Source of the DNA: the human T2T-CHM13v2.0 reference genome, Homo sapiens
Assembly (NCBI RefSeq): GCF_009914755.1
Contig: NC_060942.1
Reading direction: 5' to 3' (one strand)
DNA: 64,000 nt
The notes under the pieces were generated by a model. It saw nothing but the letters and a program-made list of their open reading frames with translations. It ran no database searches and was not told where the DNA came from. Position 1 is the stretch's first letter; each line of letters starts with the position of its first letter. The position numbers and the translations under genes are program-made. Of this stretch, positions 50,078 to 64,000 are shown in pieces.

Positions 50078-53000
50078 ATCATGTGAAAAACTGTATTCAC
50101 TGCTGAAGAATACCTCAGTGATTTACCACAATGCAGTTCACAAGCACTCCCCTAGACTCAGCTATTTGTGCTTCTTAAAAATATGCTACATATACACACA
50201 TACACGTATACCCAAATATATAGATATTAACGTGTATACAATGTATGTATATGTATATATTTATTAGGGATGATATGAAATTCCTGTGGTCTTACCACTT
50301 TCTGATACAATATAAATCCTTACCAACAAGAAACAATAGAATTTACTCACGGATCTCTGGCACCTTAGCTTTCTGCCTGTTGCCATCTCACCCACATACA
50401 CTCCAACTTATCTTGGTTGTGTCATGTTAGCACAAATAAGACTCTAAATTCCCCAGTGTCCCATGATGATCTCCACGTTACGGTATTTCCCATCACCTCC
50501 AAGAAACAGTGATTGATCTCTAAGAGCCATTCAAGTTTGAGTGTCAGAAATTTTAACTCGAGACCACGTTGCTCTATCTGAGGAAGGCATGTCTGGCCCT
50601 TAAATATTCCATCACAAGCTTAAAGTACACAGCATGCAATCAGTGCTGGCCAGCCTCCCACTCAGTTAGGAGCAGGTCGTTCTACGTGGGAATACCAGAT
50701 TCAGGGAAGGTGGTGAAGAGCGAAGAAGACCTGCTGGGAACAGCCTTCCTCCGCTGGGGAGCAGGCTGAGGAGGGCCAGGTCAGAAAGCTGTTCTTTGGG
50801 CAATAGCAAAATCTGGGTGTCACTTAGACTTCTACTTCATACAATCCAAGTTGACCTGGGGCTCAAAAGGAAATTCCTGGCCTCCTGACTCTAGCTGGTA
50901 CAGAACTAAAGGTCAGTTTCCTCAGACATGACAAGTTCCTGTGTCAGAGAGCAGGATCACGCTTCACACTCAGGTCTGCCACCTCCGGGTGACATCGTCA
51001 TAACAGTCTGCAGCAGTAGTCTGATCCCGTGGTGGCATGCTAGGGTAACTCAGCAGCGCCACCACAAAGGGCCCGTCAGGGAGGCTGGCAGCCCAGCACA
51101 TCCCTGATAGGGACCACACGCACCTGTGAGAATGACTTGACTGTCAGGCTCTTGTGGTTTCTGGGTGAAGGAAGAGCTTTACTGACAACAAACCGGCCAT
51201 TTTCTACTCCACTAGCTCTTAAAATACATTCTGAAAACAAAGATGATCTTCACAACAGTGTTGTGTTTTAACATTGCAATGTTTTGTCTTAACATGGTAC
51301 ACCCAATCCTTGTAAGACAAACTAGGAACACAGCGATGGGATACCAAAGCCAACAGACAGCATCTAATTAGGCATTGCAGAACACTGTCCTCAAAGGAAA
51401 ATGCCAAAGAGCCTGGGGATAGGGAGAGAATGGGTCCACTCACAAGCAGAGAGCTTCCCTACCCCACACAGCCTTCTCTGGCTTTCTTGAGACATCTGAG
51501 CTTTCATGAGTCCAAACATCTTTCATGGAAATATCTGCATCAAGAACAAATGCAGTTTGGATCAATGTTTTCCACCAATTTCTAGATTTATGAGAAAATG
51601 CCAAGCATTCTTTTCTTACCAGTAAAAGAATCACATGTCCTAAATAAAAGAATTAAATTCTTCAAATCCCCAAATCTAAGACTGTTCCTGAGTGTTCCTG
51701 GCTTGGGTCAACAATCTCTAAATGTAAAATTGGGCTCCTGTTTGGTCATAATCCCATTTTCCTGGTGTTTGACTAGGCAGAAGTAACCCTGCCTTGGAAA
51801 AAAGCTAGAGAAGTATGGCCTCCAACTTCTCCATTGGCTGAGATGTGATCAGATTGACACATTGCACTTTATATAGTCATACCTAGTCAAGAGAGACCAA
51901 CCTGAGGCCCAGTGGCACACCACCCAAGCTGTGAAACTGCACGCACATGCACCTCGTTTACTCCAATGCACAGTTGCTCTTGAAAGCAGGTTGCAGTGTC
52001 TGACTCCTAGCCTCCCATTCCAAGAATAAGGCCATGGTTTCCACAGGTTCAGCTTGGTCGCTTTGTTTCTGATGTCTATTGAACAACCACCTCCATGGCC
52101 TATGGCCTCTGAAACACTCCATGAGCATTTCTACCCCCTCTTCATTTAATGAATCTCATTCAGCTGTTACACTGGAATTCAGAAACACAAGAGAGTTTGT
52201 GGGCACAAATTGCTATGCTTTGCAGCCTCAGCCTCTGAAACAAAGTCTTGTCTTGATCAAAATCTTGTTTTCCTGAGCTGGAGGAAGGATTGGCACTCTT
52301 GCCAGCCTCTAAGGAGTTGCTCCAGCCTTTTTCTCAGTAAGTTGCGTCTTCTCGAGTGAAATGAAAGGCAGAGGAGAAACTTCCAGAAGGTTGGAAATTG
52401 TATTTTCCAAGGGCTTTAGGCATTTGAGGCCTAGTCTTCTTTCTGCAGCTGATGAGGCTACATATGCAAGACAATTGAGAGACTTTGACCTTCAGAAAAT
52501 CAAGATGATAGCAAACTAGTGAGGACCACTATCTACTAAGAGAGCTCACGTGCAGAACATCTTTCTGTCTCCTCAATAACACAGTCCAAGTTCTCATAGG
52601 CTAGGACTAGGGTAATACATCTGCCCTGAGATCAGTTTATTTAGATTGAAAAACTGAGATATCTGTTATGTGTTGAAGTTTTATTCTCCAACTCATTTAG
52701 GAAATGAAGCTATTTTATATCTAGAGTCCAGCATTACCTATATGAAAGAAAATAGTTCATTAGCTTCATAGTATCCTTAACTCATAGCATTTTTTGAAGT
52801 CCCTTAAAAGAGCCTATAGTCTCCTATGGGTTCTAATGCAGAAGAGGGAATACCCCGTTATGTCAGAAGTAAGCAGTTTGGCAGGGTAAGATTGGGAAGA
52901 CAGTCTGAGAAACAGAACTGTAACAAGATAGCTCTCTTCCCACACTGCTGCTGTACTATGCCCGACAAACATGAGAGGCACCTTAGTAAAACATGGGGCT

Positions 53001-54614
53001 GGTTTGTCTTGACAGTCATTTGCACAGCTTTTGCATAACTTTTAGGAGGTGTTTTCTTCCTAATATCAAATGGAGAGCGCCGCAGTGCAAGTACTAGAGC
53101 CCATTAAAAAGCAATACTATTCGTTACAGCATTCTCTGCCATTTATGTAGGAAGAGAAGCAGCCAGCATCCTACCTGCAGTGTAGACCTTTGTCCATTGT
53201 CAACATGAAGATCTTTTCCTCTTGCAGTCGCATATGTATTTCGCCAATGTACAAAACAATTCTTCTTCACTGCATGCGCTGGATTACATAGCCCAACAAA
53301 TCTGGCCAGCTGTTAAAATATTTACTAAAGTAAGGCTAATGAATACTGCCTTGAATGCCTTGGAAACTTCAACCAACTGACAAGGTATCATTAATCTCAT
53401 GTTATAGATGATAAAAGTGGAGGTTTCTGAGGTTAAGGGCCAAGGAGCCAAAGAGCATTGATTTAGCTCTTCTCCTTTTTTTGCCCCAGAATTTTAGCCT
53501 GGCTTTCTCAAAAAGAGCAACAACAGCCATTTCTTGAATGCACACTAAATCATATGGTCTTGTACTCAGTTCCATAAAAGCATACTTGATTAATTTTCAT
53601 AACAACTTACTACGGCAAGATACTTTACAGTTTTAAACTCTTACTAAAAAATCTGGTTATGACTTTCCATGTTCTCACTCCAACCCCCAACAGCTTTTTA
53701 TTTTTAAGGCCTCCACCGCTGACCCCTCCAGAGCATGTGAACTCAGTGAAGCTTACAAAGCCTCTGGCCTGGCTCCTGACTTGGGGAGAGAAAAAGTAGA
53801 GATCAGCGGGGCCTCAGACTCTGCTTTCCAGTATGAGAGTGGGAATCACCAATCTCAGTGCCTTGATCCAGGCTGAGGAAAGTCAGAGGAAACTGTTTCC
53901 TCCCAGAAACTGTCCAGGCAGAACAATGGGTGCCCTCCTACAGCAGATGGGCGATTTCACCTTTCAAACATTCTCAGGTTTGAGTGACCCTCAGCTCCTG
54001 AGCCAGTCCAAGAACAATTCCTTCCAGATCTCTCCTGGCCCAAGGTCTCCAGGCCAGTGAGGGAAGGTGCCTTCAAGGCGAGCTCCTGCACACTCACGCA
54101 CACACTTGATTTTCCATTTCAAGTGACAAATATTTGAACATCTCAGGTGAAGCTGGAGAAATATCTAATGTCCTTAATGAAGCTCCTCACATAACTGTGT
54201 GTTGTGGACACACAGTTACGTGAGGGATCCTCTGGGCAGAAGTGTGTACCCTTACATGTCCACACTCTTCTGGGCCACCGGTATACTTTAGTGAATTGTT
54301 CTAGCACACTACTCTCATATTGGCCCTGGCCTATCCTACCTTCTGCGTGAAGCCACATTTGCAAATGGTTAATAAAGTATCTGTTGCCTAGTCATCACTT
54401 ACTCAAACCCTCCGTAACTTCTCCCAGTGTTTGCACCCAAGTCAAACATCCAGCCATTGCTTCCATCTGCAAGGCAGTGCTGTGAGTTGGGCCATGGTCT
54501 GGTCACTTCAAATATGCAGGCTTGCCGACACTTTGAGGATGAAGTACTCAGGAAGGGAGGCCAAGCTCAGCAGAATAGGCTCTGAGGAAAATCCAGGTGA
54601 TGCTCTCCATAGTA

Positions 54615-54930
54615 AGTTATGAAGATATTTCCTACCGGTCCCTCCAGTTTTCCTCTCCACCCCCTCCCATCCTCCTTCCCCACACTGACTATAGCAGCGG
54701 CTCCCTTGCCTTCTGCCTTCTAACTGGATTCAGCTAACAGGGTGTAGGTGGGTGATCCCTGGCAGGAGGAGAGGGTAGAGGTGCCTACTCCCATCACATG
54801 GCTCTCTCCACAAGACCTCCATGTCTAGGTTACCAGCAGCCACTTCCTCCTTTGCCCCTTCAGGTCTTGGATATATTGGTTCCCACTGTTGCTGGCCCTA
54901 GAGAACTGCACTAGCTTTAGTTGATTTTTC
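54615..54930. mobile_element. Old ERVL LTR (LTR33/LTR41-like)
   Basis: ctcccttgccttctgccttctaactggattcagctaa and tttgccccttcaggtcttgg motifs. Confidence 0.45.
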
Positions 54931-55564
54931 TAAATTTGTGGTCTCTACTTTTGTAAATAATCTTCATTTTTCCCTTTTGATGAGGGACTCTTGAGTTTGA
55001 TTTTCTCTCTTTGTAGAATATCTGATTTTATTAGAGGGAACAAGTGAATATAAGCTAGAATCACTTTTTTCAGATGAGGACTTCCTGCTTCAAATTTGGT
55101 GCCAGCCTTTCTGAGGATGTGTTTCATTTCATAAGTAGTAAAATACTTCTTCAGCAAACGCAATCTTCTGGTGCATGTCTCCACCCAAAGTCACCTCTCC
55201 TGCACTTACAAACCCTGTTAACGTGTAGGCAGGTCAGCTACTGGGCAAGAGGAATGGACAGTAGAGAAGAGGTGATGCCACACAACAAGCTGAACTGCCC
55301 AGGTTCCACATGGACAAGTTTGATGAAAAATATTTTCCACATTATATAAACTTCACTCTCTATTCTAGTGGCAGACTATATATCTGATAATTCAGATTAA
55401 ATTTCATATTTTTACCCCAAGCTATTTTCTATGTGTCTCCATTTTTTATTAATCTTCCCAAAAATGATATATAGCGTCACTATGACTTTGAACTAATCAA
55501 TACTCTTATTTTCAATGTGAAAAGTTCAATGACAAGACATTTAGTGTGTTTTTTAAAAAGACAT

Positions 55565-56500
55565 CTTTTTTATTGTAGTAAGAACACTTCACATGAGATC
55601 TACCCTTTTAATAGATTTTTAAGTGCACAAGACAATGTTGTTAATTATAGGCACCATGCTGTACAGCAGATCTCGAACCTACTCATCTTGTGTAACAAAA
55701 CTTTATACCCTTTGAACAGTACCTCCACCCCAGCCCCTGGAAGCCGCCATTTCACTATTTCTATGAGTTTGGCTATTTTGGATTCCTCATATAAGTGAAA
55801 AACACAGTATTTGTACTTCTGTGACTGGCTTATTTCACCTAACATAATGTCCTCCAGGTTCGTCCATGTTGTCACATACACAAGATTTTCTCTTTTTTAG
55901 GGCTGAAAAATATTGCATTGTGTGCGTAGATCACATTTTCTTTATCCATTCATCCACTGATGGACAATTCCGTTGATTTCATATCTTACACATTGAATAC
56001 TGCAATGAAAGGGGGAGTGCAAATATCTCTTCAAGATCTGATTTCAGTTTTTCTGCATATATACCCAGTAGTGGGATTTCTGGATAATATGATAGTTCTA
56101 TTTTTAATTTTTTGAGGGACCTCCATACTGTTTTTTATAGTGGCCGCACCATTTTATGTTTCTTCCAGTCTTGCACAGGAGCTCCAATTTCCTCACATTT
56201 TTTCCAGCACTTGCTATCTTTTTTTAAAATAATGGCCGTTTTAGCAGATGTGAGGTAATATCTCATTGTGGTTTTGATTTGGATTTCCCTGATGATTAGT
56301 AATGTTGGCATCTTTTCATATTCTTGTTGGCCATTTGCATGTCTTCTTTAGAGAAATGTTTATTCAAGTATTTTACCCACTTTTTAATTGGGTTATTAGG
56401 ATTTTTTGCTATTGAGTTTTAGGAATTTCTTATATATCTGCATATCAGATATATGGCTTGAAAATATTTTCTCCCCTTCTGTAGGTTGGCTTTTTATTCT
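55565..56500 (-). mobile_element. L1 (L1MA/MB-like) 3' end, antisense
   Basis: L1 3' UTR and ORF2 C-terminal remnants (ORF track: TTWTNLEDIMLGEISQSQK). Confidence 0.9.
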
Positions 56501-57450
56501 AGGAATAAACTTAACTAAGGATGAAAGACTTATACAATGAAAACTACAAAACATTAATGAAGGAAAAAAGACACAACTAAATAGAAAGACATTACTTACT
56601 CATGGAATGCAAGGCATAATATTGTTACAATGTCCATACTACCCAAAGTGATCTACAGATTCAATTCAATCCCTATCAATATCCCAATCACAGTTTTTAC
56701 ACAAGTAGAAAAAAGCAAACCTAAAATTTATATGAAAAAAACCCAAATAGCCAAAACATATTGAAAAAGAAGAACAAATCTAGAGGCATCATTTTTTTTT
56801 CTGATTTCAAAATATATTACAAAGCTGCAGTAATCAAAACACTACAGTACTGACATGAAGACATAGACATATAGACCAATGGAACCGAATAGAGAGACCA
56901 GAAATAGACCACATATATATATAGTCAACCACTTTTCTACAGAGCTACCAAGAGTACACATAGGGAAAAGATAGTTTCACCAATACATAGTTTTGGGAAA
57001 ACTGGATATCAACATACAAAAGAATAAATTGGGACTTTTATCTCACACAATATACAAAAATGAACTCAATGTAAATTAGACTTGAACATACAACCTGAAA
57101 CTGTAAAACTCATAGAAGAAAACATTGGTGAAAACTTCATGACACTGGTCTTGACTATGATTTCATGGACATGACACTAAAAGCATAGGCAACAAAAGCA
57201 AAAATAAACAAATGGGACCACATCAAACTAAAAAGCTTCTGCACAGTGAAGGAAACAATGAGCACAGTGAAGAAGCAACCTACAGAATGGGAAAATATCT
57301 GCAAACCATTCATCAGATAAGGGATTCATAAATAAGATATATGAAGAATTCCTACACTTAATAGCAACAACAGAACAAACAAACAAAACCCAAGTAACTT
57401 TATTTGAAAGAATGGGTGAGAGACTGGAATAAACATTTTTCCCAAAAATA
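56501..57450 (+). mobile_element. L1 ORF2 fragment, sense, abutting the antisense fragment
   Basis: aaaactacaaaacattaatgaagga, atctacagattcaa, catcaaactaaaaagcttctgcacag. Confidence 0.9.
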
Positions 57451-58729
57451 TATTACATTTTATATTGTCTTCCTTGACAATTACTTTTTCACTGTGAAAA
57501 CCACTCAATGATGTCACAGATGGATTTCACAAACATGGAAGTTCAGACTTCATGAAAGATTTGGCCAAAGACAAAAAATAGCTCTGATTTCCAAATACAA
57601 ATCATTTCAATGGGCAAAAAAACAAAGTGCCTGGTATGATAAAATGCATTCTCTCAACCTTCTTTGAGTGTGTTCCAGCACAAATGTCTATCTGCAGTAT
57701 TCATAGCAAATTCTAGCCAACCTCTGCATTTCCTTATTAGCTTGAAACTAAATGGCAGGAAACACCCAGGGGCACTAGTAACACTAGAATCTTGTGCCAA
57801 TTTAAAACTGGATAGACAGTACTGTGGAGCTAGTTTCTTAATACTTTGAAAAATTCCATTGAAATGAGAGATAACAAACTTGAAAGGAAAGTACTTTTTG
57901 CATCAATAAATAAAACATCAAAGTGATTATTGAGCCAAAGATCCAAAGAAGTCATGTGCAGTTTTCAGTATAATGAAGCACTGAATATGAATTCATAGGA
58001 TCAGCCTAGTTTAAAAAAATAGCAATACTTTCTATTTCTCGAACAACCTTTCTCCTGGGGAATGATGGAGGCACTAATATCACCATACTGTGCCCAGTTT
58101 AACACTTGTGCTTTGTTTCTGATCATTTTCCCAAATAACAGAGCACCAATAAGTTAACTTCAGTTTCAAATCACTTGACAAACACCAGGATGTCAGAGGA
58201 AATTGTGGTGATAAAAATAATTAAAAAGCAATACGAATTCTGCAAGCCCAAAGTTCTTGTGACAATACATAAACAGAAGAAGATAATATGAAGTCTTTTT
58301 CTTATAATGATTAAAGACGGCCAGCAAGTCAAAGCTATTGCCCTGGGGCCTGCTTTCTCCCTTTGCTGTTTTCTCTGAGTGGGTTGGGCAGGGTTGCCAT
58401 CCACTTCCTCCAGGTCCCTCTGTGGATGCCTGGGCTCTTCGGTGCTCTGCTTTTGGCTTTCTTAGATGTGAAGTGGAAAGAGTATGGGCTTTGGAGCCAA
58501 ACAGGCCCGTGTTTGAATTCCTGCTCATATACTGTGCACTTGCCCATTTTGTAAGTCATTCAGCTTCTCTGTGCTTAGCTTCCTCACTTATATACTGGGA
58601 TTCTTAACCCAGTAGAGGAGAAGCTGGACTTGCATTGACCAACTTTCTGGGTTAATGGCACTCCCATTGCTGCAGAAAAGTATGCTGGCTGCTGTGCATG
58701 GCCTGATACAGCGACTTGTTCCCCACACT

Positions 58730-58890
58730 GCAGACCCTGGACCAGCAGCATTGCAGCAACTGGGAGTTAGTTAAAATTGCACAAATTCAGGTTCATTCCA
58801 GACCTGCTGAACCAGAATCTGCATTTCATTAAGCTCTCTAGGGGATTCCTGTGCAAAAGAAAGATGGAGAGGCAGGACTTGACTCTAGCA
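58730..58890. mobile_element. MER5A-like hAT DNA transposon
   Basis: ggaccagcagcatt...ccagacctgctgaaccagaatctgcattt...aggggattc. Confidence 0.75.
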
Positions 58891-59884
58891 CGCCCAGGTA
58901 CTCCTACTGCCACAAGCTAAGTTGTATGCCCCTTCATAGTAAGTTTTAATTCCCAAGCTTCTGTATGCTTGCTGTTCTTTTTGTTATAATTGTACAATAA
59001 TTTTAAAAGTTAATTTTTTGATGAAAACAAAAAATAAATAAATAAAATAATGATTTATTTATTTTGTAAAGAAAGTTGTTGTCTCCGTGAAACCCAAGGT
59101 GAATGTGATGGAAAGACGATATGCAAAGTGACTTAAAATATTGCTGTTGAGTAAGGTATAAATAAGACAACTGTTAGTTACTGACTGAGGTGGAGGGATG
59201 TAAAAATATAGAAGGAATCTGAATTCTAATGATTTCACACATGTCTCTAAGTTATTAGTATTACAAGCTACCTGCATGCATTACAAGTGAGATGTATGCA
59301 GGAAGTTGGTGCAACTATGGGCCAAGATATGTTCCTGGTCTGTTATGAAAAGACTGATGCATAAATGTATGTTTACATGTTTTTGACTAAAATAAAATAT
59401 TCAACGTATATTGAAACTGTTTGTTTATGGTATTCTCAATTCAACTCACTCTTTGTCTTAGCAGACCAACTATTATCCCTGTGGCATGCTGGTGGACCTA
59501 CCCACAGAGTTGATATAGAGATTAGAAGTGAGTGTGCGTGGTACAGGGTAGATGCCTAAGAAGTAGGAGTTCTGAGAGGGTGACGTTATGCAACTTCTCA
59601 TGGTGCATCTTGTGGTTTTGACGCCTTCCTCTTCACCACGAGTCATTTTACTTTAGGAACTATTACATACGTGACATTGAAAGAGGCACTGTGAGAACTA
59701 TGGAGATTTATAAGTACTGACTCCTCTCCCAAGAGGCTGCAATTGAATAGTGATGATAAGGTAACAGAAATAATAATCATTTAAGGCAATGAGTTATTTG
59801 TTTTTCTGAAAGTTAATCACTTTCGGAAAAATTTAACGTATAGTTGATGTAGACAAAGACAATGTTTATAAATAACCATTTGAG

Positions 59885-64000
<4,116 letters not shown>

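Overview
This is primate (almost certainly human) genomic DNA containing the whole APCDD1 gene, a membrane-anchored Wnt inhibitor, on the + strand. Five coding exons can be read directly: 14975-15032, 28614-28797, 31675-32206, 45608-45929 and 47736-48184. Together they give 1545 nt and 514 aa, with GT-AG introns and matching phases. The gene has a CpG-island promoter and a 3' UTR with several candidate poly(A) signals. The remainder is intronic or intergenic and rich in Alu, L1, MIR, L2, LTR and MER elements; nearly all short ORFs in the track are noise. I found no evidence of a wholly new biological system. The best leads are: an in-frame cryptic terminal exon in intron 3 that would give an anchor-less one-domain isoform; a structured GGAA/TTCC microsatellite in intron 1; a diverged ~165-bp inverted repeat (plus a third related fragment) upstream that encloses an exon-like segment; a strong-Kozak uORF; tandem Pumilio-like elements between two poly(A) signals; and an L1 with twin-priming geometry. 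Repeat boundaries and subfamily names were judged by eye and are approximate.
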